The position numbers were made by a program, and so were the translations under genes. DNA of 35,109 bases from assembly GCF_001194135.2 (NCBI RefSeq), contig NC_068981.1, positions 128,915,385 through 128,950,493 on the forward strand. Reading direction: 5' to 3'. The notes beneath the pieces were generated by a model, which saw only the letters and a list, made by a program, of their open reading frames with translations, did not search any database and was not told the DNA's origin. This DNA comes from Octopus bimaculoides. Its lineage: Eukaryota. Positions within the stretch are counted from its first letter, which is position 1. Each line of letters opens with the position of its first letter. Below are positions 22,351 to 34,184 of the stretch, one piece after another.

Positions 22351-22872
22351 CAACGCAATAATCATTAGTCAGTTTCTTTCTCATTCTTGCCACTCACATG
22401 ATTAGAGGAGGCTTTTATAAAATATGAGAAATGCCTTTTTCCCCAGACCCACTGACAAAAGGAGATGTTTACACAGGACTGCTTTTGATTACAATACATT
22501 TAGAACAGTGTTGCTGCTATACATAGAAATATTTATAGAGATATTCATCCAAAAAAGAAAATTCAACAATCTCTAACCCACTAATACACTTGTCTAGCAA
22601 TAGACCATGTTTTCTCTCAAAACCCCTTTCACATCTAAATTCTTTTTAAGAATCTGTTATCATCCAGAAACCATAATATACAAATTTACCTAATCTTTCA
22701 TTTCTAGAAATTTCCTTTCTTACAACACTTTTACTTGTCTGAAGAGAGTAAGGAAAGGGTGGGGTGGGGAGGACATGTATGAAATGATTCTCTCCTGCTT
22801 CATAAGAAGCTAATTTTTAAATATACATACAGTTCTACACACAATACAAACATTCAAACATACATGTTTGTG

Positions 22873-22916
<44 letters not shown>

Positions 22917-22996
22917 ATGTATGTGTTCTCTACTAATTGTCATTATTTGAAATCTTCCTGAAAAGAAGGAACTGGTTTCTAATGACAATACAAAGC

Positions 22997-23062
22997 TCCA
23001 TCATTCAACTCTAGATAACAAAAGCAATGTCCATCATTCAACTCCAGATAACAAAAGCAATG
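22997..23062 (+). repeat. 33-bp tandem duplication (1 mismatch)
   Basis: tccatcattcaactc(t/c)agataacaaaagcaatg x2. Confidence 0.95.
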
Positions 23063-23324
23063 TCACATTTTGTCCTTGAGGAAAGTTTTGCATATTTTTA
23101 CTGTTCTGCTTACAGACTTTATTTGCAATGTGCATGTTAGCTGGTTGACTTCTTTTTCTGAAAACCTTAGCTTTTTCAGATTGTCACAAACAAAACCTAA
23201 GAGCACAATTATTGATATAAATGTGAATTTATAATCTGGGTATAAAAGCTGAAAATTTTAAGCAGTTGTCTTTAGTTATCCTCTTTCTCCTGTATTTTCA
23301 AAGAGGTATTCACATCAGTAGGGT

Positions 23325-23430
<106 letters not shown>

Positions 23431-23838
23431 CATTGTTTATTAAATTCATATCAACTTTCCTATCATTCTAACTTATCTAACCTCTTGCTTTCTACGCCTA
23501 TCTCTTTGTGAATGATTTATTCATACATTTCCTGGTACTTCAGACCACAGCATAGAGATATGACACTAATTAGGATGGTAATTTACCACAATGAAGAAGA
23601 TATGTTTGAGGTAGTTAAGGCCAAGGAAATTAGAGTAAGTGTGAGATTAAAAGAAGAGGGAGAGAAGAAATGCCAGAATTAGAGAGAAGTAAATTAGAGA
23701 ATTATAATAGAAAAGGAGAGTAACAAACGTGATGAAAGGTGAGAAAAGATAGAGAAAAAAATGAGAAGTAAATTAAGAAGAAGAGGATGGTAAGAAAGAG
23801 AGAAATGGGTAGATAGAAAACAGTGGCTTCATGTATTC

Positions 23839-24166
23839 CAGAGGTTCTCAACCATTTTTTATGTATGGAACCCTTTGTTTACAATTTTACTCTGATGGAC
23901 CCCAACAGCCACTTGATGTTTAAAAACTAATTTTATAGATACTTCTCATAAAATTCCTATTTTGTTATTTACTCATCCACTTGTGAAGGTTAAACTATAT
24001 AAAACGTTTCTTGCTGTTTCATGCAATATGTACATTTAAATCAGAATTTTGTGTGCAACATTAAAATTCTACTGTGGCTCCCCAATTTCCTATTTTGCTA
24101 GCATGGACTCCCCAAAATATTATATGGATCCCCAGGGGCCATATGGACCCCAGTTGAGAACCTCTG
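23839..24166. mobile_element. hAT (Charlie-like) MITE
   Basis: Perfect TIR cagaggttctcaac / gttgagaacctctg; 8-bp flanks atgtattc / gtttattc (decayed TSD). Confidence 0.8.
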
Positions 24167-24340
24167 GTTTATTCATACAGAAGCTTCAGGGAGAATCTAA
24201 GATTTGTAAGTGGGGAGGGCATTGTAGGACTTTACTAAAGGCTGTTTTAGCACATGCAGCCTTTCTCAGGATAAACTGTGTAAACTCAGAAACATGTTTT
24301 CATTGCTGCATAATACCTCACTCCAAATATATATATAGTC

Positions 24341-24344
<4 letters not shown>

Positions 24345-24387
<43 letters not shown>

Positions 24388-24499
24388 NNNNNNNNNNNNN
24401 NNNNNNNNNNNNNNNNNNNNNNNNNNNNNNNNNNNNNNNNNNNNNNNNNNNNNNNNNNNNNNNNNNNNNNNNNNNNNNNNNNNNNNNNNNNNNNNNNNN
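24345..24499. repeat. (TA)n followed by assembly gap 24388-24499
   Basis: Read directly. Confidence 0.98.
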
Positions 24500-24734
24500 G
24501 TGGGAAGAGCCATTTTAACGATGCGTCCTGCCCTAACTCTTCGAAACGCCAGTGTTTTAATGGTGGCAGCTGATGAAGGATATGTTCTCTATGTGGCCTG
24601 CTTGTTTTTTGTAACTTGTTTATCATTTTGTCCATGTTTTATTGCAACGTCATGTACCCAGATATGTATCTATATGTACATGTAGATGAAGGTATGTACA
24701 TACATGTACATATAAATGCATATACTCATATATT

Positions 24735-24770
<36 letters not shown>
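24500..24770 (+). mobile_element. Diverged relative of the copy A/B repeat, 3' part
   Basis: gcgtcctgccctaactcttcgaaac...ctgatgaaggatatgttctctatgtggcctgcttgtttt aligns with 1830-1925; ends in TA repeats. Confidence 0.6.
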
Positions 24771-24774
<4 letters not shown>

Positions 24775-24783
<9 letters not shown>

Positions 24784-24945
24784 ATGGGCTTTTTTCAGTT
24801 TCTGACTACCAAATCCACTCACAAGGCTGTGGTCAGCCTGAGCCCATAGTAAAAGACACTTGCCCAAGGTGTCACAGAGTGGAACTGAATCTGGAACCAT
24901 GTTGTTGGGAAGCAAACTTCTTACCACACAGCCACGCTTGTGCCT
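24775..24945 (-). mobile_element. SINE family A 5' half
   Basis: accaaatccactcacaaggc...agacacttgcccaagg...cttaccacacagccac. Confidence 0.85.
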
Positions 24946-25019
24946 ATAATATGCAAAGATCCTAAACTGCATCCTAAATAAATGTTATTCAGTGGCCTAA
25001 TAAGGATTCATTAATGCAC

Positions 25020-25310
25020 TGTAACTACTGACTCATTGGTAGATACAGTTTCTCTTCTCTACCCCTTCTACCACTATTTCAATAGCCTCTGTTCTTATAA
25101 ACTAGCTTGCTGCATAACACCTCACTCCAAACAGATGTACCTGCCTCTTCTCTCATCATCCCTATTGTCGCTCTACCCAAACTAAATATTTTGTTCAGTC
25201 TTTTATTCTCAGGACTACAGCTACCTGAAATCACCTCACTACCCATGTTTTCCTTGTAGGTATTGATCTATGGCAGTTTAAACTGAACCTCAAAAACACT
25301 AATCTTGCCA
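25020..25310 (+). mobile_element. CR1/Jockey-like LINE 3' end remnant
   Basis: HYFNSLCSYKLACCITP... followed by a QSF..RT...W..L...VF....DL..FK-like segment, resembling the C-terminus of the LINE type seen at 5100-5350. Confidence 0.55.
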
Positions 25311-25682
25311 GTTTGAGAAAGCCCAGGAAGGACACAGATGCTGCTTCTCCTCATATAACTCTTTAGAAAAATAAAACTAATAATCCATTGGCATTTATAA
25401 GGTGTTACATCACCAATTACATTTAGAATTTATATATCACTATTTTGTTTACCATTTCTTTTCTTGAGTTTAATTTGAATCTTATTCTACTCATTTTCCA
25501 TTTTATACTTTACAGAATTTTTTTATTATTCATGGTTATTTTATATGTCTTTATTTTAATTTAAAAGTGAGCATAAATCAAAAATATCTGAATATATTGC
25601 AACATATCACTGCTATATTAAAATTCAAAGGCTTAAATACAATAAAACTTCAGACAATGTTAAATTAATATCATTACTTTTA

Positions 25683-26145
25683 TAAGGTGGTGAGCTGGCA
25701 GAATCATTAAAATGCTGGGCAAAATGCTTAATGGCATTTTGTCCATCTTTACATTCTGAGTTCAAATTCTGCCAAAGTTGACTTTACCTTTTTCCTTTCA
25801 AGGTCAATAAAATGAGCACCAGTTGAGCACTCAGGTTGATGTAAGTGACTTACCCACTCCCTAAAATTTGCTGGCCTTGTGCTAGAATTTGAAACCAATA
25901 CTATTACTTTTATATAGCAGCAAGCTGGCAGAATTGTTGGAACGCCTGGCAAAATGTTTAGCAGCATTTCATCTGTCCTTTACATTCTGAGTTCAAATTC
26001 AGCCAAGGTCGACTTTGCCTTTCATCTTTTCAGGGAGTGATAAAATAAGCACCAGTTGCACACTGGGGTCAATGTAATTGACTTACCCACTGCCCCAAAA
26101 TTGTTGGCCTTGTGCCAGAATTTGAAACCAATATTATCATTATTA
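25683..26145 (+). mobile_element. Head-to-tail dimer of SINE family C
   Basis: Two units (25683-25905, 25912-26145), each with A-box-like tggcagaat, B-box gagttcaaattc, g(t/c)cgactttgcctttcatc and end ggccttgtgc.agaatttgaaaccaata. Confidence 0.85.
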
Positions 26146-26453
26146 TATTAAAAGTGTTATAAAAAAATAAAATTGTTACTCTAATCAGTATCTGTAGCAT
26201 TGTTTACTTCTCTTATCTGAAAACAACAAGGCCATAAATCAGAAGTTTCACAAAACTACTCCCTATTTTCTCAAAACAATACACTTCTATAGAATTACTT
26301 GTCCTTTAAAAAAAATAAATAAAAATGCACTCATTCTTTACATCAATGCCTTGTTTTTCTGTCTCTCTCTCTTAAATAAATAAATATAAACAAATATCCA
26401 TGTCAGAAATTACAAATTGTTTCATTTACATAAGTTTACATCTGTTTTTTATC

Positions 26454-26487
<34 letters not shown>

Positions 26488-26599
26488 TTTTATCTGTACT
26501 GTGACTGTGTGGCGGTTGTTTAATGTCTATGTTTCCATACTTTCAAGAGTCAAACAGAATTCGTTAAAACAGATTTTCTATAGTCAGATGTCCTTTCTA

Positions 26600-26845
26600 G
26601 AACCAACCCTCACCAGTTTCCAAGCATGGTAATATTTCTCCAATAGCCAGACATGTTTCCATAGTAGACTGGAAAACAAATGACACCACTTGTATGACAG
26701 TGACATTCATTTACAACTATTACAGGATGTCAAGACAAAGAGATACAAGTACACACACACATACACACATATATAATTGGCTTCTTTCAGTTTCTGTCCA
26801 CCAGCTCTACTAACAAAGCTTTTGTCAGCTCAGGACTACAGTAGA
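26600..26845 (-). mobile_element. Partial SINE of the 17158 type, cut off by a family D copy
   Basis: aaggtaatatttc..atagccagacatgttt-like body and ggcttctttcagtttc module shared with 17280-17480. Confidence 0.55.
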
Positions 26846-27135
26846 AGTTCCCCTCTGAGGCACAAGTCCGTGCAAGGTGGTTTGTGGAAGACCAACAGTC
26901 ACCTATGTATACCAGTCTCTCCTCTCTATACCACCGATGTTGTCCAAGAGAAAGGCAAAGGCCAATACAGCTTGGCACCAGTAACATTGCAACTCATTTC
27001 TACAGCCGAGTGAACTAAAGCAACATGAAATAAAGTACCTTGCTCAAGAACACATCACAGCCTGGTCCAGGAATCAAACTCACAACCCCACAATTGTAAA
27101 CCTGATGCTCTAACTACTGAGTCATGTGCCTTCAC
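26846..27135 (-). mobile_element. SINE family D
   Basis: Aligns with 22066-22350 (aggcaaaggccaatacagcttggcac, gcaactcatttcta, cttgctcaagaacac). Confidence 0.8.
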
Positions 27136-27189
27136 ATGATGTTGAATAAGGTACTGCAAAATGAACAAATTACACTGTGCAGATTGCAA

Positions 27190-27440
27190 GACATGTTGAT
27201 ATGTTGTGTATGATACAGTGAAGCCATTATAGCATGTTGTGTAGGACAGTGTGACAGTCATGGAATGTTATGTAATGTGATAGTCAGAGTATGTTGTTTA
27301 GGGTGCAGTGTGGTAGTTATAGCATGTAAGAGAGTATAATGTCTTATTATAGCATGTTGTTTAGGGTGTATGAAAGTTATAGCATGTCATGAGAGGTTAC
27401 AAAGTGACAGTCTGGTCATGTTGTACGGTGTGAGATGATA
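27190..27440 (+). repeat. Degenerate minisatellite with recurring ttatagcatgt / atgttgt motifs
   Basis: ttatagcatg occurs four times with irregular spacing. Confidence 0.6.
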
Positions 27441-27573
27441 TCAATCAGTTCAAATTGATTTTGATGTATAGCATTTGCTTATTTGAGATGAAGTGTTATA
27501 GTCAAATCCTGTTACATCTATTTTCTTCTACGCCTAGTATTTTTATATTTCTACATTGGTAATTGAAACAGAT

Positions 27574-27886
27574 GTGGAGGCACAATGGCCCAGTGGTTAG
27601 GGCCGCAAACTCGCGTTCGGAGGATCGCGATTTCGTATCCCAGACCGGGCGTTGTGAGTGTTTATTGAGCGAAAACACCTAAGCTCCATGGGGCTCCGGC
27701 AGGAGGTGGTGGCGACCCCTGTTGTACTCTTTCGCCCCAACTTTCTTTCACTCTTTCTTCCTGTTTCTTGAGTAACACTGCGATGGACTGGCGTCCCGTC
27801 CAGCTAGGGGGAACACATACGCCATAGAAACCGGGAAACCAGGCCCATGAGCCGGGCTAAGCTTTAAAAGAGCAAAAGAAAAAAAA
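27574..27886 (+). mobile_element. GC/CpG-rich tRNA-derived SINE (family E) with poly(A) tail and 13-bp TSD
   Basis: Head ggaggcacaatggcccagtggttaggg; ctgcgatggactggcgtcccgtccag motif; A-tail. TSD aattgaaacagat at 27561-27573 and 27887-27899. Confidence 0.85.
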
Positions 27887-28489
27887 AATTGAAACAGATA
27901 CAAATGAAACAGAGAAGCATTACATGGCATTGAAAATGATAGTTATGGAGACATTGAATACAACGATTATGACAATAACAGGTAAAAATCAACTTACAAT
28001 CCACTCTCAATAATAAGAATATTGTTAGTTTTATCTTTTGGTGCCAGGGACTTGACATAGAACCTTTTTAAAGTAGACAGTGGCCACTCATAGTTGCTAT
28101 CACCTGTCTGCTTCTTTAAAAATAAGGAACTTGGTGTAATTCTCATAAAATAATCACCAGTAAGTCCTAGACTTACTGAATATTCATTTTCTCTGATCCA
28201 AACTTCATAAGAATCTGAAAGAGATTTGAAATAAAACTGTCTTAGATTTATTTTTATTTTACATTAGCATGAGAAAATAAACAATCATTTTCATACATCA
28301 TAAGAAAATAGTATTATATTTCTGTGGTAATGTGAAAGTCTGATTGTGTAAAATGAAATGAGTATAATTGGGAATTAATAACATAAGAATATGGAACACT
28401 AGCAACTTTCCTCTACCCTAGCAACCATCAATATTAACAACCTCAATGCCCAGCTTCCCAACAATAACAAACTAAACTATTTAGGTTGA

Positions 28490-28710
28490 ATAACTAGAGG
28501 GCTTCTACTAAGTCACTTGAGCTATTAGAAATAGCAACCAAATGTCCTTCGAATTACAATCTATTGTCTTGAAAAGAGAGGAACACATTGGATAACACTG
28601 TACACTCGGAATACTACATTGTCTAAATAAAAAGAAATGGTCATAACTGGAATGCCTTTGATTATAGGCCTGCTCAAACAGAGCTGACAACAACACCACT
28701 AACAATACTA
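28490..28710 (+). repeat. Unclassified old interspersed repeat (family F)
   Basis: tagaaatagcaaccaaat / ggtcataactggaatgcctttgat. Related pieces at 21790-21905, 28735-28790, 29020-29100 (+) and 30137-30330 (-). Confidence 0.5.
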
Positions 28711-29191
28711 GGTAAAAAGGGAACACCACATAATCACTTGACATGTTTAAACTAGCAGCCAAATTTCCCTCAGATCACAGTCAAGTGTATAATTTAAAGG
28801 TGATCTGGCTAATATTCCTATAACAACAGCAACAAGAACAGTTTTATATTGATGTGTTATATAGAAGAACTAAACTCCTGCAAGAGTAGTGAATCAAACA
28901 GTAAATCAGTGTAGTCTGGCGGTCTGAACAAGCATCCATTTGAAGTACAAAAATATTTTAACCACTCCAGCTATTACACTATATTTCTACACTAGAATAC
29001 ACAACACTACAATACCTGGGTCAATGAGTGAGCCCCTACATAGTTGCTCAACCTGCTAGAAATGGCAGCCAATTTCCCTTCAAATTACATCATATCATCT
29101 TCAATAAAAATAGAAACATTGAATTATGTAGATCTGTATATCCAATGTCTGAAGAAGAAAATGCAAGAGTTTCAGGCAGAATGTCTTAGAT

Positions 29192-29486
29192 CAGGTGTCC
29201 TCAACCACCTTGCCACAGACCAATACCATGCCATGGATCATTTGGTATCAGGCCACACAGAAAGGATAAATTTTAAAATTTTATTTATATTTTATTGACT
29301 ATCACAATCAGTGAGGCGTTTTTGCATATATGTCTTATGTTTGTAATATATATGTATTATACATGTAATAATTAAATTATATATTATGCACGTTATTGTT
29401 TCGTTAGATGCATGGTCCTCTGATCCATGGAAAAATCATCTTGTATGAAACCAGTCTGTGCTGCAAAAGTGATTCAGGGGCCACTG
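29192..29486. mobile_element. hAT (Charlie-like) MITE
   Basis: Imperfect TIRs caggtgtcctcaacc / gattcaggggccactg; 8-bp TSD tcttagat / ccttagat. Confidence 0.65.
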
Positions 29487-29944
29487 CCTTAGATCATAGA
29501 TATTTTCAAGGGTTAAACAACAACACTACCACACTTAAACTACAAAATACAGAGTAAAACCATTAAAATATCACAATATAGTCACATTTCATAATTTCAG
29601 TTTATTTTCATTCCATAAGACTTTTTAGGACAATCATAATAACAATGACAACAACAAAACCAATATCACAACTAAAAACAAATTAACAATAATTAACAAG
29701 CAATGTACCCCTAACACACTCCCAATAACAACAACAATGAAAACTCTACCCACCACTAGTACCATCACCAACGATAACAGCAACAATATCCCTACCACCC
29801 CTATCAACAATATCTGTACCAGTTACAACATTGTACCAAATTAACTGATCTAGATTGTAACAGCAAAGATAAGAAAACCATGGTGAAAAGTTCAATAATT
29901 CAATGACTCAGAAATTAAAATAAATATTGAATAAATGGTTCAGT

Positions 29945-30011
29945 CTGAAATAAATAAGTAAATAAATAAATAAATAAATGAATAAATAAATAAATAAATA
30001 AATAAATAAAT
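29945..30011. repeat. (AAAT)n microsatellite
   Basis: Read directly. Confidence 0.95.
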
Positions 30012-30494
30012 GACATATTTTGAAGATGTTAGGAAGTATGAAGCAGAAAATGTGGAGGTCACAGCTTCTAGATGTTATTTTGTCTGAGATATTTTCTTAG
30101 ACAAATAAGTAAAGTTCAACTCTAAACACTTAATTCTTGTTTAGCTTCAACTTAGCCTGATTGAATAAGCTTATGGTTAAAGGCAGGCCTTGACCATCCA
30201 CATCATATAGCATATCCAGGGCCACACTATCCCATGTATCCTTCCTTTTATTTAAGGTGGTAGGGATGTGATTTGTGGGATATTTGGCTGCTATTTTTAA
30301 CTAGCCAAACAACTATATAAAAATTCCCTACTTAACTCATCAAATAGTTGATGAAGCCTTTTTCTGTGGAAATCAGATATATCCACTTAATATGTCAAAA
30401 CCCCTAACTGCAGAAAGCAGTTTTATACACCAATGTAGCTGAAGAAAGTCCTGTTTGAAACTTATTTTTTGCTGAGATATATCAAGTTTAGGAC

Positions 30495-30895
30495 ATGAAA
30501 CTTGGCTTGTAAAGGCCTGTTGGGGCAAGCGAAAGCGAAATCATGATGGCACCTGTGCCCAGCGTTGCCTTCCTGGCACTTGTGCTGGTGGCATGTGTAA
30601 AGACATTCGAGCGAGATCGTGCCAGTACCGCTGGACTGACTCCTGTGCAGGTGTCACCATTTTGAGCATGACCGTTGCCAGTACCGCCTGACTGGCCTTT
30701 GTGCTGGTGGCACGTAAAAGCACCCACTACACTCTTGGAGTGGTTGGCGTTAGGAAGGGCATCCAGCTGTAGAAACTCTGCCAAATCAGATTGGAGCCTG
30801 GTGTAGCCATCTGGTTCACCAGTCCTCAGTCAAATCGTCCAACCCATGCTAGCATGGAAAGCGGACATTAAACGATGGTGATGATGATGATGATT
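30495..30895 (+). mobile_element. RTE-type LINE 3' UTR fragment with (GAT)n tail
   Basis: Internal repeats gtgctggtggca.gt and gccagtaccgc; distal 200 bp near-identical to 13500-13695. Confidence 0.75.
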
Positions 30896-31069
30896 GAGGC
30901 AATGTGACTTGCATAAAATATCAATTCTACTTTTTGGAAGATATTTAACATATTGCTAGAATAACCATGCAGTAAAAAGGTTAAATGATCTGGTGGTTAT
31001 TTATCTACCAGTTAAAATATTGTCTAAATCTAGTGAATTGTGCTACTGGCGTAGAGATTAACTATCCAT

Positions 31070-31445
31070 TCATCATCATCATTTAACACCCATTTTCCAT
31101 GCTGGCATGGGCTGAACAGTTTGACAGGAGCTGACCAGCTGAAGAGCTTCCCAGGATCTATGTCTGTTTTGGCATGGTTTCTACATCTGGATGCCTTTCC
31201 TAATGCTAACCACTTTACAGAATGTACTGGGTGTTTTTACACAGAACCGGTATGGATGCCTTTACGTGGCACCAGCACATGTGCTTTTTATGTGGCATCA
31301 GTACCCATGAGCCCACAAGGTTAGGATCACTCAGCTGAAGAGAGATGCAGGGGACATGCCTGTGTGCAAGGACAACCACGACTTTACTTAGCTTCTCAAG
31401 CACAGCAAACCACCAGAAGTCTCAGTCCCTTGTCAGTTTCATATA
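31070..31445 (-). mobile_element. Degraded RTE LINE 3' end (ORF C-terminus, 3' UTR, GAT tail)
   Basis: Minus strand KLTRD*DFWWFAVLEK resembles RTE C-terminal TRDR..WR. It is followed by gtgctggtgccacgtaaa, aggaaaggcatccaga and acccatgccagcatggaaa...gttaaatgatgatg. Confidence 0.6.
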
Positions 31446-31606
31446 CAAGTTATCACAATGGACTATACAGACACTACAACCAGCAAGTATTTTGTGGATG
31501 TGCAATGCTAAGTTTAAATCCCTCCATAAGGAAAAACTTACAATAGGATACTATTCCTTTTTAAAGTAAGAAACTTCTCACAACAATTTAATATAGATTA
31601 AAGGTA

Positions 31607-31885
31607 CAGGCATAGCAGTGTAGCTAAGAAATTTATTTTGCAACCCTGTTTTCAGGTTCAATTCCACACTTTGGATACAGGTCTTCAACTAAGGCCCCAG
31701 ACTGACCATTACCTTGTAAATGAAATTTGGTAGACAAGCTAAGTGAATCATAGTTGTTGCCAGTGTGCTGACGCGTAAGAGGCACCCATGCCAACAACAC
31801 ATAAAAGGCACTTGTGTCATTGCCACATAAAAGGCATCTGTGCTGGTGACACGTAATAAGCACCCGTGTCGCTGACACAAAAGAT
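31607..31885 (+). mobile_element. Degraded SINE: family A-like head plus gtgctggtgacacgtaa..ggcac repeats
   Basis: ggcatagcagtgtagctaagaa...caggttcaattcc...aaatttggtagac, then 4-5 imperfect ~25-bp repeats. Confidence 0.55.
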
Positions 31886-32599
31886 ATAAACAGACATAAA
31901 TAGGTATCATATGTAGATAGTTGGAACACTCTGTAGCTAGCAAATATTGTGAGTTATCAGTGCTAAATCATTTTTACTTTTATAAATTATAATTAAATTA
32001 GTACATCATATGAAGATACTTTATAAATTTTAACAAGTAACCAGGCCTTATTCTTTTATATATATGTAACTGAGTGATGCCATACAATATATAACTGACT
32101 GAATATCAAACAACTAGCCAAGAGATATTTAACTCTAGAATGATCCTGTTCACCTCGCTAAAAATAGGTACCCACCAGGCAGGGACAACTCACTGTATTT
32201 TTAAAACGGTATTCTAAAAATACAGCAGCATTTTTAAAATGACAAGTGGCTTGTCAGTTTGCAGTACAATTTCAATTCTTGATGGTATAAATTGGAAGGA
32301 GATGAATTCCACAAGGTTGATATTTGTCAAGATATACTGCAAGGAGACTGAGTCTTTGTTGATGTTCCAATAATGAAAGGGGCTAAGGAACTCACCAATC
32401 CATATATTATAGTTTGGTGTGCTTATATATTCAGAAAGTTTTAATGAACACAACTTATTCTGTAACTGTGGTAAGGTGAGTGAGCAAACTAAAAACATAT
32501 TTAGTCTCTCACAGCCTGGTACTCAAATCCTACTGTAGCTGATTACCTTTTATCCATCTAATACTTGAAAAAAAGAGGTATCAGTAATATATCAATCCT

Positions 32600-32815
32600 A
32601 AGGCAGCGAGCTGACAGAAATGTTAGCACACCGGGTGAAATGCTTAGCAGTATTTCGCCTGTCTTTACGTTCTGAGTTCAAATTCTGCCGAGGTCGACTT
32701 TGCCTTTCATCCTATCGGGGTCGATAAATTAAGTACCAGTTGCATACTGGGGTCAATCTAATCGACTGTCCCCAACAAAAAAATCTGGGGCTTTGTGCCT
32801 AGAATAGAAAAAAAA
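32600..32815 (+). mobile_element. SINE family C, best-preserved copy
   Basis: aaggcagcgagctgacagaaatgttagc...ttctgagttcaaattctgccgaggtcgactttgcctttcatcctatcggggtcgataaattaagtaccag. Confidence 0.85.
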
Positions 32816-32817
32816 AT

Positions 32818-33045
32818 CAATCTTTTAGCATTCAGATTACTCAGTCAAACAATGTTTACTTATTGAAATTGGTTTGAATTAATTATGCATTATCAAGTAG
32901 CTTCAAGATTTCAATGATGTTGATTGTATATTTTTAGAATGACATTGTATGGTAGGTGTGAGATGCTGAATCTGACCCATTTGAACATACAACAGGTGGA
33001 ATATATGGACCTGAAATGGCCAGTTTAAATTGCTAGAGGAGTGTT
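32818..33045. mobile_element. Degraded copy of the piggyBac-like MITE
   Basis: ttttagcattca...ttttagaatgacat...ggtaggtgtgagat matches 16846-17060. Confidence 0.6.
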
Positions 33046-33569
33046 ACAAGAATTGACATTTGTAAGGTATCTTATCTTGTTTGAAATCATTATCATTTAA
33101 TATCTACTTTCCATGCTAGCATGGGTTGGATGGTTGAACCAGATCTGGGCTGCATCATGCTCCACATCTTATATTTAAATGTTTAAATTCCATAGGATTC
33201 ACTTTTAAATCCAATTTCTTTGAAGCCAATATGATAGTGCATGTAGGATACTGGGATATATTTATTTAACCATCTCTTTACTAAAAGGACCAGGCATTTG
33301 CACAAAATATATTCTTATATTGCAAATTTTTGATCTTTGTCCTTTAGTAGCCATCTCATATGTTTTTAAGTCATTTATGATAACTGAAATGCTAAACAAG
33401 TGATATAGAGTGCCCAGTGAGCTAGGTCCATTGCATTCATATTGATACTCAAGTGTTACAATTCTCATTTCAACCTCCTGATCCACTATTTATGTAAACT
33501 GTTGGTAGTCCAATCATCATACCAGAGGAACAGCAAAGAGAAACTGTGCATTATTATTATATTTCCAGC

Positions 33570-33707
33570 TATTTATATTCTGAGTTCAAATTCTGCTAAC
33601 TCCTGATTGATAGAATAAAGTACTAGTCTAGTACTGGAGATCAATATAATCAACTATTTCCTTCTCCTCAAATTTATGGCCTTGTACCAAATTTAGGAAT
33701 TATTTTT
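33570..33707 (+). mobile_element. Degraded SINE family C
   Basis: attctgagttcaaattctgc...ggccttgtaccaaatttag, followed by a GTT/ATT tail. Confidence 0.6.
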
Positions 33708-33728
33708 GTTGTTGTTATTATTATTATT

Positions 33729-34116
33729 GTTCAGTAGTTTTATTTTTATAACGTGCTTTCACTTCACTACCGAGCGCAGCTCTGTGTGCCTTGGGTATGT
33801 GCTGTGGTTTGCTGTGATGCTCTTATGGTTACTGTATTGAAAGTGTTTTGCGTAGGATGTGTGCAGTGCCCAGTAGTGCAATTTTCTGTATGTTATATAT
33901 ATTTGTAAACCCTGGTGTTTTTGTTATGTATTTGTCTGAATATTTTTTTATTATACCTAAGGCACCTACTATGATAGGAATTGTTTCTGTTTTTAGATTC
34001 CACATTCGAGTTACTTCTATTTCCAGGTCTTTGTATTTTGAAAGTTTTTCCATTTCTTTTAGGGAAATGTTGTCATCTGCTGGTATTGATACATCAATTA
34101 GAAAGCATTTTTTTTC
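33729..34116 (-). mobile_element. 5'-truncated R4/Dong-like non-LTR retrotransposon: RLE endonuclease end plus 3' UTR
   Basis: Open frame KKCFLIDVSIPADDNISLKEMEKLSKYKDLEIEVTRMWNLKTETIPIIVGALG...LLGTAHILRKTL, typical of R4/Dong RLE C-termini. Flanked on both sides by (ATT)n. Confidence 0.85.

Positions 34117-34150
<34 letters not shown>
34117..34150. repeat. (ATT)n, followed by a 30-bp family C SINE head stub (34151-34180)
   Basis: Read directly; taaggtggcgagcaggcaaaatcatt matches 25683-25708. Confidence 0.85.
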
Positions 34151-34184
34151 TAAGGTGGCGAGCAGGCAAAATCATTCAGTCATA

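Noticed and set aside
27576-27650. tRNA-like sequence
   Set aside because: Degenerate B box and no acceptor stem closure. It continues into a SINE body with A-tail and TSD, so it is a SINE head (likewise 22280-22350).
32193-32225. 11-bp inverted repeat ctgtattttta/taaaaatacag
   Set aside because: Very AT-rich, isolated, and no TSD or second copy.
32396-32490. Possible upstream exon of the adaptor gene (ttttag acceptor, gtgagt donor on - strand)
   Set aside because: The peptide CSLTLPQLQNKLCSLKLSEYISTPNYNIWI has no PH/PTB resemblance, and its donor phase (1) does not fit the phase-2 terminal exon.
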